42,462 nucleotides of DNA from positions 1 through 42,462 of the forward strand of contig JBIOIA010000003.1 of assembly GCA_044449445.1 (NCBI GenBank). The letters are read 5' to 3'. The position numbers and the translations under genes were made by a program. This DNA is from Gemmatimonadales bacterium (GTDB lineage: Bacteria > Gemmatimonadota > Gemmatimonadetes > Gemmatimonadales > JACORV01). Positions 9,048 to 22,264 of this stretch are shown piece by piece; position 1 is the first letter of the stretch; each line of letters starts with the position of its first letter. The notes beneath the pieces were generated by a model. The model saw nothing but the letters and a program-made list of their open reading frames with translations, was not told the DNA's origin and searched no databases.

Positions 9048-9728
9048 TCAAAGCAATCCTGCCTCCGAGAACGACACATACCTCCCGTGGCCCACGATCA
9101 CGTGGTCGTAGACCGGCAGATCGATGATGCGGCCGGCCTCGACCAGCTGGCGGGTGACGGCGCGGTCGTCCGCCGAAGGGGTCGGGTCGCCGGAGGGGTG
9201 GTTGTGCACCACGATGATCCCGGCGGCTGCCTCGGCGATGGCGCCGCGGAACACCTCGCGCGGATGCACCAGCGAGCTGTTGAGGATGCCGCGCGTGATC
9301 ATGAGATCGCGCAGGACGGCGCTCTGGCTGTCGAGCGCGAGCACGTGAAACTCCTCGGCCGAGAGGTCCGAGAGCCGCGGTGCGAACCAGCGGAAGACAT
9401 CGGCGGGCGAGCGGATGCGGTGCCGCTCGGTGCGGCCTTCTTCCTGGAGCCGCCGGCCGAGCTCGAGCGCGGCGGCGACCCGCGCCGCCTTCGCCGCGCC
9501 GACACCGCGGATACGTGCCACGTCGGCCGGTGGACGGCGAGCGAGCGCGCTCAGCGCGCCGCTGCCGGTCAAGAGCTCGGACGCCAGGTCGAGCGCCGAG
9601 GCGCCGGGGCCGCCCGTGCCCAGGAGGATGGCGACCAGCTCGGCCTGGGTGAGCGCGCCGGGGCCCAGGCGAAACAGGCGCTCGCGGGGCCGGTCGGCGG
9701 CGGGCGTTTCGGCGATGCGCACCGTCAT
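9048..9728 (-). CDS. radC: RadC family JAB-domain protein
   Basis: RPRERL, ELVAILLGTG, HhH GVGAAKA, VHPREVF, JAB motif HNHPSGDPTPSADD, DHVIVG. Confidence 0.95.
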   Translation of the reverse strand: MTVRIAETPAADRPRERLFRLGPGALTQAELVAILLGTGGPGASALDLASELLTGSGALSALARRPPADVARIRGVGAAKAARVAAALELGRRLQEEGRTERHRIRSPADVFRWFAPRLSDLSAEEFHVLALDSQSAVLRDLMITRGILNSSLVHPREVFRGAIAEAAAGIIVVHNHPSGDPTPSADDRAVTRQLVEAGRIIDLPVYDHVIVGHGRYVSFSEAGLL

Positions 9729-9741
9729 GCGGCCGCTATAT

Positions 9742-9777
9742 AAAGGAAAAGGCGCCGGCTGGTGTCGCCGGCGCCTT
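9742..9777 (-). terminator. Intrinsic terminator closing the long gmd-to-secA run
   Basis: Minus strand AAGGCGCCGGC-GACACCA-GCCGGCGCCTT followed by TTCCTTT. Confidence 0.7.
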
Positions 9778-9803
9778 GCGGAGCGGAGCGGAATCGCGCG
9801 TCG

Positions 9804-10655
9804 CTACCTGGTCCAGAAGATCACCGCCCCGCAATCCACGCTCTCGGTGCTCAGGCCCCGGCCAGACGTCGAGGCCTGCTGACCGGACCGCTGGAACTCC
9901 TGCGGTACCTGCCCCGCCCGAGGGTAGATCTCGATCGCGGCGATCTGGCCGATCGGGATCAGGTCGTCGAGGCCGGTGTAGCGGGTCGTGGACCTCCGGC
10001 TTCCACCGCCGCTGCCGCCGAGCGAGGTGGGTCCGCGGGGCCCGGTCGAAGCCGGCGGGAACGCCGTCTCGATCAGCTGGTGCTCGATCCACGGAAACAT
10101 CACGCAGTGCCCGTCGCCGCCATACAGCACGCTGATGCCGTTCTCGAAGCGCACGGTGACGCCCTGCGCGCCGTCGAACAGCTGGCTGACCTTCACCGCC
10201 TCGCGCGCCTCGATGTCCTCGGGCCCGAGGAACGTGAGGCGGTCGCGCTCACGGGCGTTGCGGCGCCGTTCCGAGAAGCCTTCGCGGTTGAGCTTGTCAA
10301 CCAGCGCCGGGTCCGCGGCGCCCGCAGGTTCCATCGGAATGTCGGCCCGGACGGTGAGCGTGTCGTTGGGGAAGATGATCTCCATCTCGAGCGGGGAGAA
10401 GCCGCGCTTCCTGACCTCGAAGATGTGGTGCCCCGCACCCAGCCCCGGGAGCACGTAGCGCCCGAGCGAGTCGGACCGCGTGCTGTCGCCGGATCCCAAC
10501 CGCATCACGAGCACGCCGGCGAGCGGGCGGCCCTGGGCGGTGACGGTGCCGGCTACCTGTGCCCGGCCACCCGGTGAGGTGACCTGGCCGAGCAGCGGCC
10601 CGGCGAGGAGAACGAGAGGAATCAGATGTGCGAAGCGACGGGCTGCGGCGCGCAT
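9804..10655 (-). CDS. Secreted carboxypeptidase-regulatory-like domain protein with TonB-plug-like C-terminal domain
   Basis: Signal peptide; VAGTVT..GRPLAGV..RSDSLGRYVL..EVRKRGF; then FLGPEDIE..QIAAIEIY..CGAVIFWTR; GGAG upstream of ATG 10655. Confidence 0.7.
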   Translation of the reverse strand: MRAAARRFAHLIPLVLLAGPLLGQVTSPGGRAQVAGTVTAQGRPLAGVLVMRLGSGDSTRSDSLGRYVLPGLGAGHHIFEVRKRGFSPLEMEIIFPNDTLTVRADIPMEPAGAADPALVDKLNREGFSERRRNARERDRLTFLGPEDIEAREAVKVSQLFDGAQGVTVRFENGISVLYGGDGHCVMFPWIEHQLIETAFPPASTGPRGPTSLGGSGGGSRRSTTRYTGLDDLIPIGQIAAIEIYPRAGQVPQEFQRSGQQASTSGRGLSTESVDCGAVIFWTR

Positions 10656-10668
10656 ACGCTCTCCGAAG

Positions 10669-13931
<3,263 letters not shown>

Positions 13932-13932
<1 letters not shown>

Positions 13933-14498
13933 TACTGGTAGACCTTGTGTCGCTCGATGTAGTGCGCGACGGATTCGGGCACGAGGTAACGGATGCTCTT
14001 CCCCGTCAGGCACCGGGCCCGGATCTCGCTCGCGGAGATCTCGATGGCCGGCGTCGCGACGAGATGCTTCACGAACGCCGAGCTGACTTCGGGCGCGCCG
14101 GGCCGCGTCAGCACCGCGATCTCGGCGAGCCGCGCGACCTCGTCGGCGGCGCGCCAGCGCGGCAGCGTCGCGGCGGCGTCCGCCCCGAGGATCAGGACCA
14201 GCCGCTCGTCGGGCCACCGGCCGCGGATCTGCCTGAGCGTGTCCACCGTGTACGAGGGCGCGGGCCGCTCCAGCTCGCATGTCTCGACGGCGAACCGCGG
14301 GTAGTCGCCCAGCGCGAGCCGCAGCATCGTGACGCGCTGCTCGCCGGTGGCCGAAGGGGGCTCGGACTTGAGCGGCTGGCGGGCGCACGGCACGAACAGC
14401 ACCGTGTCCAGGCCCAGCGCTTCCGCCGCCCGGTCCGCCGCGATCAGGTGACCGTGGTGAACCGGGTCGAAGCTACCGCCCAGGACTCCCGTTGCCAC
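13932..14498 (-). CDS. nadD: Nicotinate-nucleotide adenylyltransferase
   Basis: GGSFDPVHHGH (HxGH), SYTVDTL, ILGADA, ISASEIR. Confidence 0.95.
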
Positions 14499-15237
14499 AC
14501 ACTTGCCGCACGTCCCGCCGGCCTCCCCAGTTCTGGTTGAGATGGTCGCATACGTCCCGCAGCTCCTCGCGGTAGCTGATCGCCTTGTACGCCTGCGCCA
14601 GGCGAATGTAGGCGTCCGGGACGACCGAGCTCGAGGGATACTGCACGATCAGGCCGCGGAAGTAGAGGATCGCCGAGTCGAACGCGTTGCGTTTGAAGTA
14701 GAACAGTCCGCTCGCGTAGTCCTTCTGCGCGAACTTCTCCTGGAGATCGCGCACTCGCTGCGCGGCGATCCGCGTCGCGGGCGCGTCCGGGTAGCGCCCG
14801 ACCAGCTCCTGGTACGTGGCGATCGCGGTCTGCCCGTTCGACGGATCGAGCTCGGGCCGCCGCCACAGCTGCCCGTACGAGTCGCCGATGCGCATCAAGG
14901 AGACGGGCGCGAGCGGATCGGCCGGGTAGTCGTCGGCGACGCGGCGGAATTCGCGGATCGCCGTGATGAGCTCCCCCTGCCCCGCGTAGCACTCGGCCAG
15001 GTAGAAGCGCACGCGGGCCTGGAGCGTGTCGCGCACCGGCAGGTCGAACTGGATGCGCTGGAAGCCGGACTGCGCGTCGGCGAACTCGCCGTGACGGAAC
15101 AGTCGCATCGCGTCCGCGAATTGCCCGGCCGCGTCCCCGGCGGGCCGCTGCTCGACGTGGTGGCACGCGGCGAGCAGCAGCACACTCCACAGGACAACGG
15201 GGCGCATTCCGGTCGTTATCGGCATAACCTTCGTCAT
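14473..15237 (-). CDS. bamD: Outer membrane protein assembly factor BamD (TPR lipoprotein)
   Basis: Lipobox LAAC; TPR helices; RPELDP..AIATYQELVGRYP; LQEKFAQKDY..GLFY..SAILYF..YP pattern of YfiO/BamD. Start could also be 15225 or 15207. Confidence 0.85.
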   Translation of the reverse strand: MTKVMPITTGMRPVVLWSVLLLAACHHVEQRPAGDAAGQFADAMRLFRHGEFADAQSGFQRIQFDLPVRDTLQARVRFYLAECYAGQGELITAIREFRRVADDYPADPLAPVSLMRIGDSYGQLWRRPELDPSNGQTAIATYQELVGRYPDAPATRIAAQRVRDLQEKFAQKDYASGLFYFKRNAFDSAILYFRGLIVQYPSSSVVPDAYIRLAQAYKAISYREELRDVCDHLNQNWGGRRDVRQVCGNGSPGR

Positions 15238-15265
15238 ACCCCTCTTGATCTGACCAGGTTTCCGG

Positions 15266-16159
15266 TCACGGTGTGACCGGGGTTCCGGCCAGCTTCTGAA
15301 TCTGCTCGCGCGCGCGACGGACGACCGGGCTGTCCTCGTCGCCGCCCAGGATCGCCTTGCGGTACGAGTCCAGCGCGGTGGCGGTGTCACCGGCGGCCCA
15401 CCTGGCGTCGCCGATGAGCAGCCAGGCGGTGCGCACGGTGCTGTCGGGCACGCCGACGTCGATCGCGGCGCGGAACGCCGCCTCGGCCTGGTCGAGCTGC
15501 CCCGCCGCCAGCGCGGCGCGGCCCGACTCCACCTGGCAGCCGGCAAGCCCGCGACGCGCCGCGCGCGTGATCGCCGGCGTCCGATTGCGCCGCCGCAGCG
15601 CGTCGTAGGCGCGCGCGGCCAGGTCGCAGCGCCCGGACCTCGCGGACGCGTCGGCCCACGCGGCCACCAGGGAGTCGGCCTGCGCGCCCTGCGAGGCCGC
15701 GGCGGCGGCGAGCGCGAGATCCGCGTCCTCCGGGCGCGGCGGATCGTCGAGCACTTCCAGCAGGCCGCTGCCCAGCTCCGCGAGCCGCCCCGGGGCGACG
15801 TGGCGCAGACCTTCCACGGCCGCGCGCACGGCCGCCACGTCGCGCGCCTCGATCGCCGCCAGCGCGGTGCGCATCAGGCCCTCCGCTGCCAGGTCGCGCG
15901 CGCCGGGATCGGACTTGCCGAGGTCCCGCCACGCCTGCGCCGCGTCTCCGAGCGCCTGCGCGTGCAACGCCGCCATCGCGAGCTTGGCGCGCAGCTCGCT
16001 CGTGGCGGGGCTCCGCCGCACGGCGAGCCGATACTCCGCCAGCGCGTCGGGCCACGACCGCTCGGCGTAACGCCGGTCGCCGAGCCGCTCATGATCGGTG
16101 CCGCGCACGCACGCGGCCGCGAGCAGCGCGGTGGCTGCAGTCGCCACGAGTCGCTTCAT
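15266..16159 (-). CDS. TPR-like helical lipoprotein, unknown function
   Basis: MKRL..LLAAAC lipobox; repeats such as WLLIGDARWAAGDTATALDSYRKA; ATGA coupling to the upstream gene. Confidence 0.75.
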   Translation of the reverse strand: MKRLVATAATALLAAACVRGTDHERLGDRRYAERSWPDALAEYRLAVRRSPATSELRAKLAMAALHAQALGDAAQAWRDLGKSDPGARDLAAEGLMRTALAAIEARDVAAVRAAVEGLRHVAPGRLAELGSGLLEVLDDPPRPEDADLALAAAAASQGAQADSLVAAWADASARSGRCDLAARAYDALRRRNRTPAITRAARRGLAGCQVESGRAALAAGQLDQAEAAFRAAIDVGVPDSTVRTAWLLIGDARWAAGDTATALDSYRKAILGGDEDSPVVRRAREQIQKLAGTPVTP

Positions 16160-16863
16160 CCGCCTACGCGCTTGAGCAACGACAGGTACGCCGTCACGCG
16201 CGGATCGTTCGGCGCATGTTTCGAAGCGCCTTCCCATGCCTTCCGTGCACCCGGCAGATCCTTCAGAAGGTAACGGGCCATTCCGAGCGCGATCTCGGCA
16301 TCGAGAAACCCGGGGCGCCGCGCCGCGATCGCCTCCAGCTCGGCCACGGCCGGCTCGAGCCGGCCTTCGTCGAGGTACAGCCGCGCCAGCCGGTAGCGCA
16401 GGTCCACGAACTCGGGCCGCAGGCGGGCCGCCAGCTCGAGCTGCTCGATCGCTGCTTCGCGCCCGCCCGCTTCGAGGTACGCCTCGGCGAGCTCGGCATG
16501 CAGGTTCGCCAGCTGCGACGCCGCGGGCGCCGAGTAACCGGTGTGGTCCACGGCGCCGAGGGATTGCGCGTCGGCGAAGGCCGCCTGTGCCTCGTCCGAG
16601 CGGCCCAGGTCGCTCAGGGTCACGGCGCGGTTGAGGTGCGCGTCCACGTAGCGCGGGTTGAGCTCCAGGGCCTTGTTGAAGGCCGCGAGCCCCTCATCGC
16701 GCTGGCCCACCATCGCCAGCGCGAGCCCGAGCAGGTTGTACGCGTCGGCGAACGCCTCGCCCTTCTCCACCAGCTCCTTGAGCAGGTGGATCGCGCCGTA
16801 CGCGTCGCCCGCATCGAGCCGCTCGCGAGCGTTCTTCACCAGATGGTCAGGCCTGGCGTCCAT
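16156..16863 (-). CDS. Tetratricopeptide repeat protein
   Basis: ADAYNLLGLALAMVGQRDEGLAAFNKALELNPRYVDAHLN and further TPRs; no signal peptide; GAGGAG upstream. Confidence 0.88.
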   Translation of the reverse strand: MDARPDHLVKNARERLDAGDAYGAIHLLKELVEKGEAFADAYNLLGLALAMVGQRDEGLAAFNKALELNPRYVDAHLNRAVTLSDLGRSDEAQAAFADAQSLGAVDHTGYSAPAASQLANLHAELAEAYLEAGGREAAIEQLELAARLRPEFVDLRYRLARLYLDEGRLEPAVAELEAIAARRPGFLDAEIALGMARYLLKDLPGARKAWEGASKHAPNDPRVTAYLSLLKRVGG

Positions 16864-17815
16864 GGCTCTCCTCGTACCATCGCACGAATCGCGGAATGCC
16901 GTCCTCGACCGTGGTGGAAGGACGGTAACCCAGCAGCGCGCGCGCCTTCGAGAGGTCGGCGCAGGTCCGGCGCACGTCGCCGGGCTGCATGGGCCGCCGC
17001 TCGATCACGGGCTGCTTGCCGAGCGCGCCGCCGATCAGCGCGATGAGGCGGTCGAGCCGCGTGGTGCGCGAGCCGCCCAGGTTCACGATCTCGAACGCCG
17101 GGCCCTGCTCCGCCGTCCAGTCGCACGCCGCGAGCACGCCCTGGACGATGTCGTCCACCCACGTGTAGTCGCGCTCGCTCGAGCCGTCGCCGAACATCGG
17201 CACTTTCTGCCCCGCCGCGATCAGGCGCGTGAACGTGTGGATCGCCAGGTCGGGGCGCTGGCGCGCGCCGTACACCGTGAAGAAGCGCAGCGAGATGATG
17301 CGCATGCCGAACAGGTGCACGTACGTCGCGGCCAGCAGCTCGCACGCGCGCTTGGTCGCCGCGTACGGCGAGATCGGCGCCGTGGCCGGGTAGTCCTCGC
17401 GGAACGGCGCCGGCGCGTCGTCGCCGTACACGGAGGAGCTGCCGGCGAGCACGAAGCCACGCGCGTTCGCAGCGCGGCACGCCTCCAGCAGCGTATTCGT
17501 CCCCGCCACGTTCACCGATACGTACAGCTCGGGGTCCGCGATCGAGGGCCGCACGCCCGCGCGCGCGGCCAGGTGGACCACCAGCGTGTCCTTCGTGATC
17601 AGCTCGCGCGTCAGCTTCCGGTCGCGGATGTCGCCCTCGACGAACCGGAAGCGCGCCGTCTTCAGGAGGCCGGCCAGGTTCGCCTGCTTCACGCCCTTGG
17701 CGTAGAACGGATCGAAGTTGTCGAGCCCGACGACCTCGTCTCCGTGCGCGAGCAGGGCCTCGGAGACGTGCGAGCCCAGAAAGCCGGCGGCTCCGGTGAC
17801 GAGCACCCGCCTCAC
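16847..17815 (-). CDS. NAD-dependent epimerase, UDP-glucuronate 4-epimerase-like
   Basis: [54 protein letters not shown]. Confidence 0.85.
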   Translation of the reverse strand: MRRVLVTGAAGFLGSHVSEALLAHGDEVVGLDNFDPFYAKGVKQANLAGLLKTARFRFVEGDIRDRKLTRELITKDTLVVHLAARAGVRPSIADPELYVSVNVAGTNTLLEACRAANARGFVLAGSSSVYGDDAPAPFREDYPATAPISPYAATKRACELLAATYVHLFGMRIISLRFFTVYGARQRPDLAIHTFTRLIAAGQKVPMFGDGSSERDYTWVDDIVQGVLAACDWTAEQGPAFEIVNLGGSRTTRLDRLIALIGGALGKQPVIERRPMQPGDVRRTCADLSKARALLGYRPSTTVEDGIPRFVRWYEESHGRQA

Positions 17816-18744
17816 ACGCCCTCGGCCTTGAAGTGCGCGATCGTGCGCGCGAGTCCCTGCTCGAGCGGAACAAGCGGCTCCCAGCCCAGCACCTTCCGGG
17901 CGCGCGCGATGTCGGGCTGGCGCACCTTGGGGTCGTCTTCCGGCAGCGGCTGTCGCGCGATCTTCGACTTCGATCCGGTCAGGCGCAGCACGTGATCGGC
18001 CAGCTGCTGGACCGTGAACTCGACCGGGTTGCCGAGGTTGGTCGGATCGGCTGTTCCCTTGTGGAAGAGCCGCACGATGCCCTCGATCAGGTCGTCCACG
18101 TACGTGAACGAGCGCGTCTGGCTGCCGTCGCCGTAGACCGTGAGCGGCTCGCCGCGGAGCGCCTGCACGATGAAGTTGGACACCACCCGACCGTCGCGCT
18201 GGCGCATCCTGGGACCGTACGTGTTGAAGATCCGCACGATGCGGGTGTCCACGTCGTGGAAGCGGTGGTACGCCATCGTCATCGCCTCGGCGAACCGCTT
18301 CGCCTCGTCGTACACGCCGCGCGGTCCGACCGGGTTGACGTTCCCCCAGTACGACTCGGGCTGCGGATGGATCAGCGGGTCGCCGTACACCTCGGACGTC
18401 GAGGCGAGCAGGAACCGGGCGTTCTTCGCCTTCGCGAGGCCGAGGGCCTTGTGCGTGCCGAGCGAGCCGACCTTCAGCGTCTGGATCGGCATCTCGAGGT
18501 AGTCGCGCGGGCTCGCGGGCGAGGCGAAGTGCAAGACGCCGTCGAGCGGTCCCTCGACGACCAGGTAATCCGTGACGTTGTGCAGGACGAAGCTGAAGCG
18601 CTGGTTGCTCTTGATGTGGGCGAGGTTCTCGGGCCGGCCGGTGCACAGGTTGTCCATTCCGACGACCTCGGCGCCGCCTTTGAGAAAACGGTCGGCCAGG
18701 TGCGAGCCCAGGAAACCGGCGACGCCGGTGATGAGCACCCGCAT
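17812..18744 (-). CDS. UDP-glucuronate decarboxylase (UDP-xylose synthase family)
   Basis: [61 protein letters not shown]. Confidence 0.92.
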   Translation of the reverse strand: MRVLITGVAGFLGSHLADRFLKGGAEVVGMDNLCTGRPENLAHIKSNQRFSFVLHNVTDYLVVEGPLDGVLHFASPASPRDYLEMPIQTLKVGSLGTHKALGLAKAKNARFLLASTSEVYGDPLIHPQPESYWGNVNPVGPRGVYDEAKRFAEAMTMAYHRFHDVDTRIVRIFNTYGPRMRQRDGRVVSNFIVQALRGEPLTVYGDGSQTRSFTYVDDLIEGIVRLFHKGTADPTNLGNPVEFTVQQLADHVLRLTGSKSKIARQPLPEDDPKVRQPDIARARKVLGWEPLVPLEQGLARTIAHFKAEGV

Positions 18745-20042
18745 CAGGGCCGGCCGATGGACGCATAGGTGAAACCGCCCGCGCGCATCCGCGCCGGATC
18801 GTAGAGATTCCGCGCGTCCACGACGATCGGCCGCTTGAGGCGGGACTTCATCACCTCGAGGTCGAGCACGCGGTACTCCTGCCACTCGGTCAGCACGACC
18901 AGCGCATCCGCGCCGTCCAGTGCGTCGTAGCGGCGCTCGACGTACGCGACCTTGTCGCCGAAGCGGCGCCGGGCCTCGTGCAGGGCCTGCGGATCGTGCA
19001 CCGTCAACCGGCCGCCCTCGGCCAGGACCGCGTCCACGAAAACCAGCGAGGCCGCCTCGCGCATGTCGTCCGTCTGCGCCTTGAAGGCCAGGCCCCACAG
19101 CGCGACATGGGCGCCCTTGAGCGAACCCAGGAGCGCGCGGAGCTTGGTCACCGGGACGCGCTTCTGCGCCTCGTTGACCTGGTCCACGGCCTCCAGCAGA
19201 CCGAGCGGCTGGTCGGACTGCTTCCCCGTGCGCACCAGCGCCTTGACGTCCTTGGGGAAGCACGAGCCACCGTACCCCGGCCCCGCATAGAGAAATGCGT
19301 GGCCGATGCGCGTGTCGCTGCCGATGCCCTTGCGCACGTGGTCGATGTCAGCGCCGACCTTCTCGCACAGGTTGGCGAACTGGTTCATCAGCGTGATGCG
19401 CGCGGCGAGCATCGCGTTCGCGGCGTACTTCGTCATCTCGGCCGAGGGGATGTCCATGAACAGCATCGGATTGCCCTGGCGGACGAACGGCGAGTACAGC
19501 TCGCGCAGCATCGCCTCGGCCTCGGGCCCGTCCACGCCGACCACGACGCGGTCGGGCTTGAGGAAGTCCTGGACCGCGGCGCCTTCCTTCAGGAACTCCG
19601 GGTTCGAGGCGACGTAGAACTTGGTCTTCGTCTTCGCGGCGATGGCGGCACGGACCTTCTCGGCCGTCCCGACCGGCACCGTGCTCTTGGTGACGACGAG
19701 CTTGGGCGCGTTCATGTTCGCGCCGACCGTGGCCGCGACGGCGAGCACGTGCGTGAGGTCCGCGGAGCCGTCCTCGTCCTGCGGCGTGCCGACGGCGATG
19801 AAGACGATCTCGCTCGCGCGCACCGCCTCGCCGACCTCGGTCGTGAACTTCAGCCGACCTTCGGCCTGGTTGCGCACGACGAGCGGCTGGAGCCCCGGCT
19901 CGTAGATGGGGATCTCGCCCTTGGCGAGCCGCCCGATCTTCGCCGCGTCCACGTCGGCGCAGACGACGTTGTTGCCGGTCTCGGCAAGTCCGGCGCCCAT
20001 GACGAGGCCGACGTATCCCGTCCCGATGACCGCGACCTTCAT
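18744..20042 (-). CDS. ugd: UDP-glucose 6-dehydrogenase
   Basis: [55 protein letters not shown]. Confidence 0.93.
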   Translation of the reverse strand: MKVAVIGTGYVGLVMGAGLAETGNNVVCADVDAAKIGRLAKGEIPIYEPGLQPLVVRNQAEGRLKFTTEVGEAVRASEIVFIAVGTPQDEDGSADLTHVLAVAATVGANMNAPKLVVTKSTVPVGTAEKVRAAIAAKTKTKFYVASNPEFLKEGAAVQDFLKPDRVVVGVDGPEAEAMLRELYSPFVRQGNPMLFMDIPSAEMTKYAANAMLAARITLMNQFANLCEKVGADIDHVRKGIGSDTRIGHAFLYAGPGYGGSCFPKDVKALVRTGKQSDQPLGLLEAVDQVNEAQKRVPVTKLRALLGSLKGAHVALWGLAFKAQTDDMREAASLVFVDAVLAEGGRLTVHDPQALHEARRRFGDKVAYVERRYDALDGADALVVLTEWQEYRVLDLEVMKSRLKRPIVVDARNLYDPARMRAGGFTYASIGRP

Positions 20043-21052
20043 GCGGTGCGCTCCTCGTACCAGGCGCGGTAGAACTGCCGGTAGGACCCGTCCTTCACCG
20101 CGCGCCACCAGGGCTCGTGGGCGGTGTACCAGCGCACCGTGTCGGCCAGCCCGCCCTCGAACGTCCGGCGCGGCTTCCAGCCCAGCGCGCGCTCGGCCTT
20201 CGCGGGATCGAGCGCATAGCGACGATCGTGCGCCGGCCGGTCGGTCACGTGATCGAGCAGTCCCGGGCTGGCGCCGAGCATGGCGATGATCCGCTTCACC
20301 ACCTCGATGTTCGCCTTCTCGCTGCGCGAGCCGAAGTTGTAGACCTCGCCCGACTTGCCCTTCTCCAGCGCCGCGAGCACGCCGCGCGCGTGGTCCTCGA
20401 CATGGATCCAGTCGCGGACCTGCATGCCGTCGCCGTACACGGGCAGCGGCTTGCCCTCGATCGCGTTGGTCACCATCAGCGGGATCAGCTTCTCCGGGAA
20501 CTGGTACGGCCCGTAGTTGTTGGTGCACCGCGTCACTACGGCGTCCGTGCCGTGGGTGCGGGACGCAGCCAGCACCAGGTGGTCCGCCGCCGCCTTGCTC
20601 GCGGCGTACGGGCTCGTCGGATCGAGCGGCGCGGCCTCGGTGAGCGGCGGCGTGCCCGGTTCCAGCGCGCCGTAGACCTCGTCGGTCGAGACGTGCACGA
20701 GCCGGCACCCGGTTCGCTCCCGGAGCGCGTCGAGCAGGACCTGTGTCCCGACGACGTTGGTGCGCACGAACGGCGCGGCCGAGAGGATGGAGCGGTCCAC
20801 GTGGGTCTCGGCGGCGAAGTTCACGATGGCGTCGCAGCCCTCCCACGCCCTCCGCACGTCGGCCGCCTCGGCGATGTCGCCCTTGAGGAACCGGTAGGTC
20901 GGCCCTTCCTTGATGCCCTCGAGGTTCGCCGGATTGCCTGCGTACGTGACCAGGTCGAGGTTGACCACGCTCCAGCCGGCGCGCTCGGCGAGAACGAGCC
21001 GGATGAAGTTCGACCCGATGAACCCGAGGCCGCCGGTGACGAGGAGGCGCAC
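20039..21052 (-). CDS. rfbB: dTDP-glucose 4,6-dehydratase (RmlB)
   Basis: GGLGFIG, TYAGN, FAAETHVDRSI, STDEVYG, PYAASK, NNYGPYQFPEKLIP, DRPAHDRRY. Confidence 0.96.
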   Translation of the reverse strand: MRLLVTGGLGFIGSNFIRLVLAERAGWSVVNLDLVTYAGNPANLEGIKEGPTYRFLKGDIAEAADVRRAWEGCDAIVNFAAETHVDRSILSAAPFVRTNVVGTQVLLDALRERTGCRLVHVSTDEVYGALEPGTPPLTEAAPLDPTSPYAASKAAADHLVLAASRTHGTDAVVTRCTNNYGPYQFPEKLIPLMVTNAIEGKPLPVYGDGMQVRDWIHVEDHARGVLAALEKGKSGEVYNFGSRSEKANIEVVKRIIAMLGASPGLLDHVTDRPAHDRRYALDPAKAERALGWKPRRTFEGGLADTVRWYTAHEPWWRAVKDGSYRQFYRAWYEERTA

Positions 21053-21053
21053 G

Positions 21054-21539
21054 TCAGCCGTCCTTGCGCGCCCAGTCGTACGGGATCTTCGGATCGTGCG
21101 CGTCCAGGCGGAATTCGTCCGGCTTGTCGTAGTGGTACATCTCGGTCGGCACGTTCACGATCAGCGCCTCGTGCTCCGAGACGCACTTGAAGCCGTGGTA
21201 CACGCCCGCCGGAATCCGCAGCAGGATCGGGTTGTGCACGCCGAGAAAGAACTCGTTGACGAGCCCCTGCGTCGGCGAGTCCTTGCGGTCGTCGTAGAGC
21301 ACGACCTTCATCATGCCGTGGACGCACGTGAAGTGGTCCACCTGCTTTTCGTGATAGTGCCAGGCCTTGACCGCTCCAGGGTAGGCCGAGGTCAGGTAGA
21401 CCTGGCCGAACTTCTTGTACAGCTCGTCGTCGGCGCGGAGCATCTCCATCAGCCGGCCGCGCTCGTCGGCGTGCACGGCGAGCTTCTTGGTCTTGACGCC
21501 GTCGATCAGCTGCTTCGCCGGCGGCTCGAAGCGCTTCAT
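21054..21539 (-). CDS. rfbC: dTDP-4-dehydrorhamnose 3,5-epimerase family (RmlC, cupin)
   Basis: HADERG, VKAWHYH, YDDRKDSPT, IPAGVYHGF; located between rmlA and rmlB. Confidence 0.88.
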   Translation of the reverse strand: MKRFEPPAKQLIDGVKTKKLAVHADERGRLMEMLRADDELYKKFGQVYLTSAYPGAVKAWHYHEKQVDHFTCVHGMMKVVLYDDRKDSPTQGLVNEFFLGVHNPILLRIPAGVYHGFKCVSEHEALIVNVPTEMYHYDKPDEFRLDAHDPKIPYDWARKDG

Positions 21540-22264
21540 CGCCCCGCCTTTCGCTCTTCGGCCACCAGCATGGTGGCGTGGTACAGGCTCTCGACCGTGC
21601 CGGCGTCGGTCCACCAGCCGTCGATGATCTCGTGCGACAGCTCGCCCCACGCGAGGTACCTGTTGTTCACGTCGGTGATCTCCAGCTCGCCCCGCTCCGA
21701 CGGCGCCAGGCCGTGGATGATCTCGAACACGCGCGCGTCGTACATGTAGACACCGATCACCGCGTAGCGCGACTTCGGCTGTTTCGGCTTCTCCTCGATC
21801 GCGACGATCCTGCCGTTCTCGAGCGCCGGCACGCCGAAGCGCTCGGGATCGGGCACTTCCTTCAGGAGGATCGTCGCGCCCTTGCCGCGCTTCGCGTACC
21901 GCTCGACGGACGGCTTAATCGAGCGCTGGAGGATGTTGTCGCCGAGGATGACGCACAGCGGCTCGCCGTCGGCGAAATCCTCGGCCAGGCCGAGCGCGTC
22001 GGCGATCCCGCCCTCGCCCTCCTGGTACGTGTAGTGCACGTGCTTGAGCCCGAACTCGTGCCCGTTGCCGATCAGCTTCAGGAAATCGCCGGCGTTGTTG
22101 CCGCCCGTGACCAGCAGGATCTCGCTGATGCCCGCGTCCACCAGCGTCCGGAGCGGATAGTAGATCATCGGCCGGTCGTAGATCGGCAGCAGGTGCTTGT
22201 TGGTGACGCGCGTCATCGGGAAGAGGCGCGAGCCCAGCCCGCCGGCGAGGATGACCCCCTTCAC
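21536..22264 (-). CDS. rfbA: Glucose-1-phosphate thymidylyltransferase (short RmlA/SpsI type)
   Basis: GVILAGGLGSRL, KHLLPIYDRPMI, LGDNI, RFGV, EEKP, SERGELEITD, WTDAGT. Confidence 0.88.
   Translation of the reverse strand: MKGVILAGGLGSRLFPMTRVTNKHLLPIYDRPMIYYPLRTLVDAGISEILLVTGGNNAGDFLKLIGNGHEFGLKHVHYTYQEGEGGIADALGLAEDFADGEPLCVILGDNILQRSIKPSVERYAKRGKGATILLKEVPDPERFGVPALENGRIVAIEEKPKQPKSRYAVIGVYMYDARVFEIIHGLAPSERGELEITDVNNRYLAWGELSHEIIDGWWTDAGTVESLYHATMLVAEERKAGR

Noticed and set aside
9048-9728. radC as a mobile-element JAB or anti-defence gene
   Set aside because: It is the full-length chromosomal type with N-terminal RPRERL and HhH regions, in a housekeeping context.
13933-14388. Long N-terminal extensions in the ORF track for secA, and likewise ugd, rmlD, rmd, wbp genes, pyrD, rpoA and tsaB
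   Set aside because: They run through upstream genes in another frame; the real starts lie at stop/start overlaps just before the first conserved motif, so these are not fusions.
15262-15280. 8-bp hairpin CCGGTCAC-GGT-GTGACCGG at the TPR lipoprotein stop
   Set aside because: Short, no U-tract on the coding strand, and plausible by chance in high-GC DNA; not called as a terminator.
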